Of a stretch of DNA of 64,000 nt, positions 35,628 through 44,477 are shown one piece after another. Made by a program: the position numbers and the translations under genes. Below the pieces are notes generated by a model that saw nothing but the letters and a program-made list of their open reading frames with translations, was not told the DNA's origin and did no database searches. Origin of the DNA: Rhodospirillales bacterium. GTDB lineage: Bacteria > Pseudomonadota > Alphaproteobacteria > ATCC43930 > CGMCC-115725. The stretch is taken from assembly GCA_027315365.1 (NCBI GenBank), contig DAHUYF010000153.1, forward strand, positions 516-64,515, given 5' to 3'. Positions within the stretch are counted from its first letter, which is position 1. Each line of letters starts with the position of its first letter.

Positions 35628-36332
35628 TCAGGTTTCCTTGACGTTGCCGCGCCCGATCTCCTCGAGCGCGTCGGCGTTGCGGATGATGATCCAGCCCTCA
35701 TCGAGCTGGAGGATGCCGCGGCGCTGCCACTCGCGCAGGCAGCGATTGACGCTCTCGCGGGTGCCGCCGATCATGGTGCCGAGCTCGCGCTGGGACAGCG
35801 CCAGCTTGGCCTGGGGCGTGCCGGCGGCGATGCGCAGCAGCGCCTTGGCGAGCCGCATCGGCAGGCCGAGAAAGGCGATCTCGCCGATCTGCTGGTCGGT
35901 GCGGCGCAGCCGCTCGCACAGCACCTCGAGCAGCTTGATGGCGACCGCCGGGTGGCGCTCGAGCACGCTCAGCATGTCGCGGCGCTCGAGCACCAGCAGG
36001 TCGCAATTGGTCAGCGCGGTGGCATCGGCGCTGCGCTCCCTGCCGTCGAGCAGCGCCATCTCGCCGAAGACCTCGCCGCCGCCGAGATCGGCGAGCACGA
36101 TCTCCTTGCCGTCGACCGAGGCGGCGGTGATCCGCACCGTGCCCGCCAGCACCGCCATCATGCTCTGCCCGGGCGAGCCGATGCGGAAGATCACCTCGCC
36201 TGCGTCGAAGCGCCGGCGATGCGCGTGCCCCGCCACCAGCCGCAGCGCCGCATCGTCCAGCGCAGCAAACAGCGAGCAGCGCCGCAACAGGCGGCTGGCA
36301 TCGTCGCGCGATCTGTCCGGCGAATTCGGCAA
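35628..36332 (-). CDS. Crp/Fnr-family transcriptional regulator
   Basis: cNMP-binding domain (GEVFGEMALLDGRERSADATA) plus a C-terminal HTH (SQRELGTMIGGTRESVNRCL). Apparent TTG start preceded by GAGGGGG. Confidence 0.85.
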   Translation of the reverse strand: MPNSPDRSRDDASRLLRRCSLFAALDDAALRLVAGHAHRRRFDAGEVIFRIGSPGQSMMAVLAGTVRITAASVDGKEIVLADLGGGEVFGEMALLDGRERSADATALTNCDLLVLERRDMLSVLERHPAVAIKLLEVLCERLRRTDQQIGEIAFLGLPMRLAKALLRIAAGTPQAKLALSQRELGTMIGGTRESVNRCLREWQRRGILQLDEGWIIIRNADALEEIGRGNVKET

Positions 36333-36554
36333 GCGACCCCCTCACCGTATTGTTGCACCCCCGCCGCAACCTCGTCCAGCGCGGCCGCCGCGCCGCCCGG
36401 CGAAACCGGCCCCGTGGCACGGCTACCCCGGCAGCGGCCGGATGCGCTATAGGCTCGGAAGGTCGCGGCGATCCATCAGGCCGCCGCGACGGTCCGGAGA
36501 AATGATGCGCCGGCAGCCGGCGAGCGTCGGGCGCGCAGAACCAGGAAGCGGAGA

Positions 36555-38321
36555 ATGACCGCAGCAGAAGCGAGTGCCGGCATGGCGATGAAGAGCGAAA
36601 CCCGCGACGGCATGCGGATCGACTGGGACGTACCGATCCCGATGGATGACGGTCTGGTGCTGCGCGCCGACGTCTTCCGCCCGATCGCCGACGACCGCTT
36701 CCCGGTGCTGATCACCTATGGCCCCTATGCCAAGGGGCTCTCCTTCCAGGAGGGATATCCCAGTGCCTGGAACCGCATGGCGGCGGAGCATCCCGACGTG
36801 ACCGCCGGGTCGAGCAACAAATACCAGAACTGGGAAGTCGTCGACCCCGAGAAGTGGGTCCCGGACGGGTATGTCTGCGTCCGCGTCGACTCGCGCGGCT
36901 GCGGCCATTCGCCCGGCTACATCGATCATTTCTCGCCGCGAGAGACCAGGGATTTTCACGACTGCATCGAATGGGCCGGCGTGCAGCCCTGGAGCAGCGG
37001 CAAGGTCGGCACCAGCGGCGTATCTTATTACGGCATCAACCAGTGGCACGTCGCCTCGTTGCAGCCGCCGCACCTTGCCGCGATGTGCATCTGGGAAGGT
37101 GCCGCGGATTGGTACCGCGACATGACCCATCACGGCGGCATCCTCAGCACCTTCTGGGCGAACTGGTACGACATGCAGGTCAAGACCGTCCAGTACGGCA
37201 CCGGCGACTGCGGCAAGCGCAGCGCGCTCACCGGCGATCCCGTCTGCGGCCCCGAAAGCCTGTCGCCGGAAGATCTCGCGCGACGTCGTTGCGACTTCGG
37301 CGACGAGATAGCCGCCCATCCGCTCGACGACGCCTATCACAAGGCGCGCTCGGCGGCATGGTCGAAGGTGACGGTGCCGTTTCTGTCGGCGGCGAACTGG
37401 GGCGGCCAGGGCCTGCACCCGCGCGGCAATTTCGAAGGGTTCGTGCGCGCCGCGTCCGAGCACAAATGGCTGGAAGCGCACGGGCTCGAGCATTGGACGC
37501 ATTTCTACACCGATTACGGCGTCGCACTGCAAAAGCGCTTCTTCGGCCATTTCCTCAAGGGCGAGCGGAACGGCTGGGAAAAGCAGCCGCGCGTCCAGCT
37601 GCAAGTGCGACATATCGACCGCTTCGAGACCAGGCTGGAAGACGAGTGGCCGCTCGCACGCACCGATTGGACACGATTCTATCTCGACCCTGCCGAGACG
37701 TCGCTCGCGACGCGCGTTCCCGCAAGCGAGGGCAGCAAGACCTTCGACGCCCTGGGCGAAGGCATCACCTTCCTGTCGACGCCGCTTGCCGCCACGACCG
37801 AGATCACCGGGCCATCGGCACTCAAGCTGTACATCTCCTCCACGACGAGCGACGCCGATATCTTCGCCGTGCTGCGCGTGTTCTCGGCCGATCTCAAAGA
37901 GATCGTCTTCGTCGGGGCGATCGACCCGCATACGCCGATCGGCCAGGGCTGGCTGCGGGCAAGCCACCGCAAGCTCGATGCGGCGATGAGCCGCGACTGG
38001 CGCCCCTATCACAGCCATGACGAGCGCCAGCCGCTAACGCCCGGCGATATCGTCGAACTCCAGATCGAGATCTGGCCGACGAGCATCGTCGTGCCGCCGG
38101 GCTATCGCATTGCGCTGACGATCCGCGGCAAAGACTACGAGTATGGCGGCGGCAGCGGCGGGCGGCTGTCCAATTTCAAGAACGAGCTCAGAGGCTGCGG
38201 GCCGTTCCTGCACGACGATCCGCGCGATCGTCCGCCGGAGATATTCGGCGGCAGAACCACGCTGCATTTCGGCGGCACGCGCCGGCCCTATCTCCTGTTG
38301 CCGGTCATGCCGCCCAAATAG
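36555..38321 (+). CDS. CocE/NonD-family hydrolase (S15 X-Pro dipeptidyl-peptidase fold)
   Basis: 588 aa. RADVFRP...FPVLITYGPY, nucleophile motif GTSGVSYYG, and a C-terminal beta-sandwich domain region. Confidence 0.85.
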   Translation: MTAAEASAGMAMKSETRDGMRIDWDVPIPMDDGLVLRADVFRPIADDRFPVLITYGPYAKGLSFQEGYPSAWNRMAAEHPDVTAGSSNKYQNWEVVDPEKWVPDGYVCVRVDSRGCGHSPGYIDHFSPRETRDFHDCIEWAGVQPWSSGKVGTSGVSYYGINQWHVASLQPPHLAAMCIWEGAADWYRDMTHHGGILSTFWANWYDMQVKTVQYGTGDCGKRSALTGDPVCGPESLSPEDLARRRCDFGDEIAAHPLDDAYHKARSAAWSKVTVPFLSAANWGGQGLHPRGNFEGFVRAASEHKWLEAHGLEHWTHFYTDYGVALQKRFFGHFLKGERNGWEKQPRVQLQVRHIDRFETRLEDEWPLARTDWTRFYLDPAETSLATRVPASEGSKTFDALGEGITFLSTPLAATTEITGPSALKLYISSTTSDADIFAVLRVFSADLKEIVFVGAIDPHTPIGQGWLRASHRKLDAAMSRDWRPYHSHDERQPLTPGDIVELQIEIWPTSIVVPPGYRIALTIRGKDYEYGGGSGGRLSNFKNELRGCGPFLHDDPRDRPPEIFGGRTTLHFGGTRRPYLLLPVMPPK

Positions 38322-38357
38322 GCGGCGTCAGCCCGACCGACGGGCGGCGCGCCCGGA

Positions 38358-40058
38358 TCAAGGCGGCGGCGCGCAGGCGGCGCGGCGCGCCTCTTCCTCG
38401 ATCAGCGCCTTCTTCGATGGCTTGCCGATCAGCGTCTTGGGCAGGCTGTCGCGGAACTCGAACAGCTTCGGCATCTCGATCGGCGACAGCTTGTCCTTGA
38501 GAAAGGCGCGCAGCTCCGTCTCGTCGAGGCTGGCGCCGGCCACCGGCGCGACATAGGCCTTCACCGTCTGGCCGCGATAGGGGTCGGAGACCGAGAGAAC
38601 GATGCATTCGGCGACCTTGGGGTGCTGATAGATCGCCTCCTCGACGTTGCGCGGATAGATCTTGTAGCCGCCGGCGATGATGATGTCCTTGATGCGGTCG
38701 ACGAGGAAGAGATAGCCCTCGTCGTCGAGATAGCCCACGTCGCCGGTGCGCAGCCTTCCCTCGCTCAGCACCTCGGCGGTCGCCTCGGGCTTGCGCCAGT
38801 ATCCCGCCATCACCTGCGGGCCGCGCACCACCACCTCGCCGCGCTCGCCCTGCGGCATCGCGCGCGCGGGGTCCTCGACCGAGACGATCTCGACGATGGT
38901 GCCCGGCACCGGCAATCCGACCGAGCCCGGCTTGTTGACGCCGCGTAGCGGGTTGCAGGCGACCACCGGCGACGTCTCGGAGAGGCCGTAGCCCTCGACC
39001 ACGGTGCATCCGGTCGCCGCCTCGAATTTATGCTTCACCTCGAGCGGCAGCGGCGCGCCGCCGGAAATGCAGGATTTGATCGAGGTGAGGTCGATCCGGG
39101 CGGCGTCGGGATGCGCGTAAATGGCGGTGAAGAGCGTCGGCACGCCGGGCATGGTGGTGGGACGCTTGCGCCGGATGGCGGCGAGCAGCGATTTGATCTC
39201 GAAGCGCGGCAGCAGGACGATCTCCGAGCCGCAGGCGATGCTGAGATTGAGCGCCACGGTCATGGCGAAGACATGGAAGAACGGCAGCACTGCCAGCACG
39301 CGCTCCCGTCCGGGATCCATGTCGGGGAACCAGGCGAGGCATTGGCGCGCATTGGCGACGAGGTTGCGATGGGTCAGCATCGCTCCCTTGGGCACGCCGG
39401 TGGTGCCGCCGGTATATTGCAACACCGCAAGATCGCGCGCCGGCTCGACCGGCACCGCCGCCATCTCGCCGTCATTGGCGATGAGATCGGCGAAGGCGAG
39501 ATGCGCGCCGTCGCGCGGCCACCGAGCGATGTCGGCACGCTTCAGCAGCCGGTAGAGCAGGCTCTTGCCCGTCGGCAGGATGTCGGCCATCGGGCAGAGC
39601 ACGAGCTTGCGGATGCGGGAGTGGTCGAGCAGGGGCGCCAGCAGCGCGTAATGCTCCCTGAGATCGAGCGTCAGCATCACCTCGACGCCGGAATCCTCGA
39701 CCAGATGGCGGATTTCCGGCGGGGCGTAGAGCGGGTTGAAATTCACCACCGTGCCGCCGGCCGCGAGCACCGCGTAATACGCGATGACGTAATAGGGCGA
39801 GTTGGGCAGCATCAGGCCGACGCAGGTGCCCTTGCCGACGCCGAGCGCCGCGAACCCCTTGGCCGCGCGGCGCACCAGTGCGCCCACCTCCGCGTAGGTG
39901 TAGCCCTTGCCGAGGAAGTCCAGGCACGGCCTGTCGCCGAACCGCCGCGCCGCATCGTCGAGCAGGCGGTGCACCGGCTCGTCGGGAATCCCCCCATGCC
40001 AGTCGACCCCCGGCGGATAGGCCTTGAGCCACGGCCAGTTCGCCCCGATCTCCGCCAT
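38358..40058 (-). CDS. Long-chain fatty acid--CoA ligase (AMP-dependent synthetase)
   Basis: AMP-binding motif LQYTGGTTGVPKGAMLTHRN, plus TGDVGYLDDEGYLFLVDRIKD and a C-terminal GKPSKK. Start at MAEIGANWPW (ATG 40058). Confidence 0.9.
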   Translation of the reverse strand: MAEIGANWPWLKAYPPGVDWHGGIPDEPVHRLLDDAARRFGDRPCLDFLGKGYTYAEVGALVRRAAKGFAALGVGKGTCVGLMLPNSPYYVIAYYAVLAAGGTVVNFNPLYAPPEIRHLVEDSGVEVMLTLDLREHYALLAPLLDHSRIRKLVLCPMADILPTGKSLLYRLLKRADIARWPRDGAHLAFADLIANDGEMAAVPVEPARDLAVLQYTGGTTGVPKGAMLTHRNLVANARQCLAWFPDMDPGRERVLAVLPFFHVFAMTVALNLSIACGSEIVLLPRFEIKSLLAAIRRKRPTTMPGVPTLFTAIYAHPDAARIDLTSIKSCISGGAPLPLEVKHKFEAATGCTVVEGYGLSETSPVVACNPLRGVNKPGSVGLPVPGTIVEIVSVEDPARAMPQGERGEVVVRGPQVMAGYWRKPEATAEVLSEGRLRTGDVGYLDDEGYLFLVDRIKDIIIAGGYKIYPRNVEEAIYQHPKVAECIVLSVSDPYRGQTVKAYVAPVAGASLDETELRAFLKDKLSPIEMPKLFEFRDSLPKTLIGKPSKKALIEEEARRAACAPPP

Positions 40059-40183
40059 CGCCCCACACACCCGACCATTGCGCGGGTAGCGAGCCTAGCG
40101 GTTCCCCGCCCCGGCCGGCAATGCCGCCGCGGCGCCACCCGGGTTGCGGCGGCGCCGCGGGCGACGTCGCCGCGCGAGTTCGC

Positions 40184-40411
40184 CTAACGCTTGATCTCCG
40201 GATCTTCTCCGGCGGCATGGCGCTTGCCGACGAGTTCGGCCTCGCGCAGCTTGTCGCCTTCCTTGCCGTCGACCGCGCGCCCGGCCTCCTTGGCCTTTTC
40301 CTCCACCTTGCCGGAGCGTGCGAAATCCTGCTGCGCCTCGTTGAAGCGGCGCGCAGCGGTGCGGTTGCCTTCTCCTTCGTTCTGCTGGGTCCGGTCGTCC
40401 TTCCCGCTCAT
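40184..40411 (-). CDS. Small hydrophilic protein (75 aa), putative general-stress protein
   Basis: MSGKDDRTQQNEGEGNRTAARRFNEAQQDFARSGKVEEKAKEAGRAVDGKEGDKLREAE... Highly charged, no TM segment. GGAGGA Shine-Dalgarno 5 nt before ATG 40411; high GC3. Confidence 0.6.
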   Translation of the reverse strand: MSGKDDRTQQNEGEGNRTAARRFNEAQQDFARSGKVEEKAKEAGRAVDGKEGDKLREAELVGKRHAAGEDPEIKR

Positions 40412-40438
40412 CAATTCCTCCTATCTGCCTCTTGGGCA

Positions 40439-40464
40439 AACAGGGACCTTCTCGGGCCGGTTCC
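40439..40464 (-). promoter_or_regulatory. EcfG-type promoter, GGAAC-N17-TGTT
   Basis: On the minus strand: GGAAC (40464-40460), 17-nt spacer, TGTT (40442-40439), ending 27 nt before ATG 40411. Cross-checked against the translation of track ORF 40121..40528 (..WANRDLLGPVP..). Confidence 0.45.
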
Positions 40465-40490
40465 GATGCCGGCGGCGGCGCGGATCGCGC

Positions 40491-41333
40491 CTAATGCGCG
40501 AGGATCACCGGCAGCATCGCCTCCATGATGATGTGGCGGGTGGCACCGCCGAAGATCATCTGGCGCAGCCGACTCTGGGTATAGGCGCCCTTGACCAGCA
40601 GGTCGGCGCCGATCGCCCTGGCCTCGTCGAGGAAGACCTGGCCCGGGCTGCGGTCGCGCGGCGTGACGTGGCGCGCGAGCGTAGAGATCCCGTGTCGCGT
40701 CAGGCTCTGCGCCAGATCCTCGCCCGACGGACCGGGCGTCATCGCCCCCTCGACACTCACCACCTGCACGCTCTGGGCGCGCTTCAGGAACGGCATGGCG
40801 AAGGCGACGGTGCGCGCCGTCTCGGTGCTGCCGTTCCAGGCGACCAGCACGCGCTCGCCGATCGAGGCAAGCGGCGCCGGCGGCGCCATCAGCACCGGCC
40901 GGCCGCTCTCGAACAGCGCATCCTCGAGCGTCGCCTCGGCGAGCGACGCGAGCTTGGCCGGACGTTCGACGACAATGAGGTCGAAGACCCGGCCCAGCGT
41001 GCCGACCACGGCATTCTGCCGGCCCGGCTCCTCGCGCCATTCCGCGCTCGGGCCGTCGCCGACCGCCGCGTCCATCGACACGCCGTGCTGGCGCATGAAG
41101 GCGGAGAACAGCGCCCGCGCCTGCTCGCGCCGGTCGTGGCCTTCGCGCTCCAGCGTGCGGTCGACCTCGGAGGAAATCGAGAAGCCCATCTCGCCGCCGA
41201 ACACGACGGCGTATTCGGTGGTCAGCGCGTTCAAGCCGGTGATGCGCCCGTTGAAGCGCCGGGCCACCAGCAGCGCCGTGTCGAGCAGAGACGCCGCCGT
41301 GCCGTCGCCGACCACGGCCAACAGGGTCTTCAT
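40491..41333 (-). CDS. Universal stress protein (tandem UspA domains)
   Basis: 280 aa from MKTLLAVVGDG. Two Usp-like halves. The C-terminal half has the nucleotide-binding-like sequence LLVKGAYTQSRLRQMIFGGATRHI. Confidence 0.8.
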   Translation of the reverse strand: MKTLLAVVGDGTAASLLDTALLVARRFNGRITGLNALTTEYAVVFGGEMGFSISSEVDRTLEREGHDRREQARALFSAFMRQHGVSMDAAVGDGPSAEWREEPGRQNAVVGTLGRVFDLIVVERPAKLASLAEATLEDALFESGRPVLMAPPAPLASIGERVLVAWNGSTETARTVAFAMPFLKRAQSVQVVSVEGAMTPGPSGEDLAQSLTRHGISTLARHVTPRDRSPGQVFLDEARAIGADLLVKGAYTQSRLRQMIFGGATRHIIMEAMLPVILAH

Positions 41334-41421
41334 CGCCACCTCGCCTGTTCCCCGCGGCCTGCCGGCCGCGTCGTGTTTTGCCCGACTATACCGCTTGCCG
41401 GGGCGGCGCAAAAGCGGGATG

Positions 41422-41446
41422 GGAACCGCCGGCCGGCGAAGCCGTT
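41422..41446 (+). promoter_or_regulatory. EcfG-type general-stress promoter, exact GGAAC-N16-CGTT
   Basis: GGAAC 41422-41426, 16-nt spacer, CGTT 41443-41446. It ends 30 nt before TTG 41477 (GGAGG Shine-Dalgarno at 41463-41467) and 81 nt before ATG 41528. Cross-checked against the translation of track ORF 41378..42796 (..WEPPAGEAVR..). Confidence 0.6.
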
Positions 41447-41476
41447 CGTCTGGCGATCGCGCGGAGGTGTAAGCGC

Positions 41477-42796
41477 TTGGACAACCAGACCGAGCGGCCC
41501 GGTGAGGGCGGCGATCCCGCGGCCGCCATGACCCGCCTCATCGAGGCGCTCTACCCGATCTGTCGCAGCATCACCGGCGAGGGGCTGAGGCAGAGCCTGC
41601 GCCTGATCGCCCGGGAAATCCCGCTCAGCCTGGTCGAGGTGCCGACGGGAACGCGGCTCTTCGACTGGACGGTGCCGCGGGAGTGGAACGTGCGCGAGGC
41701 CTACATCGCCACGCCCGGCGGCCAGCGCGTGGTCGATTTCGCCCGATCGAATCTGCATCTCCTGCAATACAGCGTGCCGGTCGACCGCATCGTCGAGCGG
41801 AACGAGCTGCTGCGCCATCTCCACACCTTGCCCGAGACGCCGGACTGGATTCCCTACCGGACCGCCTATTACCGCGAGGATTGGGGCTTCTGCCTCAGCC
41901 AGCGACAGGCGGAAGGCCTGACCGAGCAGCACTACCGTGTCGTCATCGACAGCACGCTCGCCCCGGGCCACCTTACCTATGGTGAACTGGTCCTGCCGGG
42001 AGCGCGGGCGGAGGAGGTGCTGATCTCCTGCCATTCCTGCCATCCCTCGCTCGCCAACGACAATCTGTCCGGCATGGCGGTGGCGACGATGCTGGCGCGC
42101 CGCCTGATGGCGCGCAAGCGGCGCCTCACCTACCGCTTCCTGTTCATCCCCGGCACGATCGGCGCGCTCGCCTGGCTCGCCGCCAACGAGACGGTGGTGC
42201 CGCGGGTGACGCACGGGCTGGTGCTGAGCTGCCTCGGCGACAGCGCGCCGCTCACCTACAAGCAGAGCCGCCGCGGCGACGCCGCCATCGACCGCATCGC
42301 CGCCCATGTGCTGCAGGCGAGCGGCGAGCCCCATCGCATCGCCCCCTTCACCCCCTACGGCTATGACGAGCGGCAATATTGCTCGCCCGGATTCGACATG
42401 CCGGTCGGCTGCCTGATGCGCTCGCCCAACGGCACCTTTCCCGAATACCACACCTCGGCCGACAATCTCGACTTCCTGCGGCCGGCGGCACTCGCCGGCT
42501 CGCTCGAGGCGCTGGCGCGCATCGTCGAAGTGATCGAAGGCGACGGCACCTATCTCAATCTCAGCCCGAAGGGCGAGCCGCAGCTCGGCAAGCGCGGCCT
42601 CTACCGGCCGATCGGCGGCAAGAAGGAGGCGGGCGGCGGCGCCGACCAGATGGCGCTGCTCTGGGTGCTGAACCTCGCCGACGGCCGCCACTCACTGCTC
42701 GACACCGCTGAGCGCGCCGGCATGCCGTTCGCCGCGATCCGCGCCGCGGCGGACGCGCTGATCGAGAAGGAGCTGCTGGCGCCGGCGGCCGGCTGA
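41477..42796 (+). CDS. DUF4910 / aminopeptidase-like (M28-related) domain protein
   Basis: LYPICRSITGEGLRQSL near the N-terminus and CHPSLANDNLSGMAV in the core match my memory of DUF4910/DUF2172 proteins. TTG 41477 has a strong GGAGG Shine-Dalgarno. A conservative alternative start is ATG 41528 (MTRLIEALYP). Confidence 0.7.
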   Translation: MDNQTERPGEGGDPAAAMTRLIEALYPICRSITGEGLRQSLRLIAREIPLSLVEVPTGTRLFDWTVPREWNVREAYIATPGGQRVVDFARSNLHLLQYSVPVDRIVERNELLRHLHTLPETPDWIPYRTAYYREDWGFCLSQRQAEGLTEQHYRVVIDSTLAPGHLTYGELVLPGARAEEVLISCHSCHPSLANDNLSGMAVATMLARRLMARKRRLTYRFLFIPGTIGALAWLAANETVVPRVTHGLVLSCLGDSAPLTYKQSRRGDAAIDRIAAHVLQASGEPHRIAPFTPYGYDERQYCSPGFDMPVGCLMRSPNGTFPEYHTSADNLDFLRPAALAGSLEALARIVEVIEGDGTYLNLSPKGEPQLGKRGLYRPIGGKKEAGGGADQMALLWVLNLADGRHSLLDTAERAGMPFAAIRAAADALIEKELLAPAAG

Positions 42797-42821
42797 ATCG
42801 GCATCGACAACGAAGCCCGGC

Positions 42822-44390
42822 TCAGGCCGCGCCGAGGCGGGCGGCGATAATGTCGCCGACACGCAGGGCGTTGGCGACGATCGTCAAGGTCGGGTTGACC
42901 GCGCCGATCGACGGAAAGAAGCTGGCATCGGTGACATAGAGATTGTCGATGCCGTGCGCCTTGCAGTCGAGGTCGAGCACCGAGCTTGCGGGGTCGGCGC
43001 CGAAGCGGAGCGTGCCAGCCTGGTGCGCCGTGCCGCCGATCGGCGTGCCCTTGCCGAGATAGAGCGTGCGCTCGAAGAGATGCGGGTGGATGTCGAGCCT
43101 GTCGCAGAGCTGCCGCAGCTTCTCCTTGAGCCGCCGGTTGCCCTCGACATTGGTCTCGGTCAGCTCGAGATGCACCTCGCCGTCGCGGTAGCAGACGCGG
43201 TTCTGCGGCAGCGGCAGGTCCTCCGAGGTGAGCCAGAAGTCGATCGAGTGCCGGGCGAGCCAGTCGAACGGCTTTTCCGGCAGCCATTGCAGAAACGAGG
43301 GCAGCCCCTCGCCGTGGGCCTGCACCCCGTCCGACTTGCCGACCATCTGGATGTGGCCGAGCGGGTACTCCCAATCGTCGGAACGAAAATAGAAGTCGTT
43401 CAATCCAAGCGTCTTCTGGAACCGCGTCGGATTGGGCGTCCGCGACACCGCCATCACCATGGTGTTGTTGTGCCGCATGTAGTTGCGGCCGACCAGTCCT
43501 GAGCCATTGGCAAGACCGGCCGGGTGCCGGTCGCTGGCCGAACGCAGCATCAGCAGCGCCGAGGACAGCGCGCCGCAGGCGACCACGACGATGTCGGCGG
43601 CAAAACTCGTCCGCGCGCCATGGCGGACCACCTCGACCCCGGTGACCGCGGTGCCGGCGGGGTTGGTGACGAGCCGTTCCGCATAGGCATTGGTCAGCAG
43701 GGTCAGGTTCGGATGCGCGCGCAGCGCCGGGTCGACGCAGATCACCTGCGCATCCGCCTTGCCGTTGGTGAGGCAGGGATAGCCGTCGAAGGCGTTGCAG
43801 CGGATGCAGGGCGAGTGCGGCAGCGCCATGCCGTCCTTCTCGTCGAGCAGCACGCCCACCGGCAGATGGAAGGGATGATGCCCTTCGCGCTCCAGCCCGT
43901 CGAACAGCTCCTGGATGCGCGGCTCGTGGCTGATCGGCGGATAGGCGTAGGGCTTGCGCCAGGGCGGCTCGGTCGGGTCCTCGCCGCGCCTTCCGTGCAC
44001 GTGATAGAGCTCCTCGGCGGCCTGGTAATAGGGCTCGAAGACGTCGTAGCCCACCGGCCAGGGCGGCGAGATGCCGTCGGGATGGCGGATCTCACCGAAA
44101 TCCGCCTGCCTGAGGCGCAGCAGCACCGCGCCATAGACCTTGCTGTTGCCGCCGACGAAATAGTGCAGGCCCGGGTGGAACGCGGCGCCGGTCGAGCTGT
44201 ACCAGGTCTCCTTCGTCTGATAGCGCGCGTCGACGAACACCGCCTGGCTGTCCCAGTTCTCGCGCTCGCGCGGCAGATAATCGCCGCGCTCGAGCAACAG
44301 CACGCGCTTGCCGGTCCGGGCAAGCCGCCACGCCATGGTGGCGCCGCCCGGCCCGGAGCCGATGACGATGACGGCATGGTGCTCGGTCAC
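42822..44390 (-). CDS. GMC-family FAD-dependent oxidoreductase
   Basis: N-terminal Rossmann motif VIVIGSGPGGATMAWRLA. C-terminal GMC motif GGTAHQAGT...LYVTDASFFPSIGAVNPTLTIVANALR. GTG start at 44390; the track ORF to 44981 is a run-on. Confidence 0.85.
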   Translation of the reverse strand: MTEHHAVIVIGSGPGGATMAWRLARTGKRVLLLERGDYLPRERENWDSQAVFVDARYQTKETWYSSTGAAFHPGLHYFVGGNSKVYGAVLLRLRQADFGEIRHPDGISPPWPVGYDVFEPYYQAAEELYHVHGRRGEDPTEPPWRKPYAYPPISHEPRIQELFDGLEREGHHPFHLPVGVLLDEKDGMALPHSPCIRCNAFDGYPCLTNGKADAQVICVDPALRAHPNLTLLTNAYAERLVTNPAGTAVTGVEVVRHGARTSFAADIVVVACGALSSALLMLRSASDRHPAGLANGSGLVGRNYMRHNNTMVMAVSRTPNPTRFQKTLGLNDFYFRSDDWEYPLGHIQMVGKSDGVQAHGEGLPSFLQWLPEKPFDWLARHSIDFWLTSEDLPLPQNRVCYRDGEVHLELTETNVEGNRRLKEKLRQLCDRLDIHPHLFERTLYLGKGTPIGGTAHQAGTLRFGADPASSVLDLDCKAHGIDNLYVTDASFFPSIGAVNPTLTIVANALRVGDIIAARLGAA

Positions 44391-44477
44391 GGTGAGGGTA
44401 CGCCTGGACACCGCCGGCTGTTCCGGCGGCCGGCGACAGCTCGTCGGCAACGGATCGGGCTGCCGCGCGTTCAGATT

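Noticed and set aside
41385-41405. A possible FixK/FNR-type box (TTGC...GCAA) upstream of the Usp gene, given the Crp/Fnr regulator in the window.
   Set aside because: The spacer between the half-sites is 9 nt, not the 6 nt of TTGA-N6-TCAA boxes. I saw no proper TTGAT-N4-ATCAA site in any intergenic gap.
44399-44424. GGAAC-N17-CGTA on the minus strand, upstream of the GMC oxidoreductase gene.
   Set aside because: The -10 element ends in A instead of the strongly conserved T, and it ends only 8 nt from the GTG start. This would require a leaderless GTG-initiated mRNA, which is too speculative to call a promoter.
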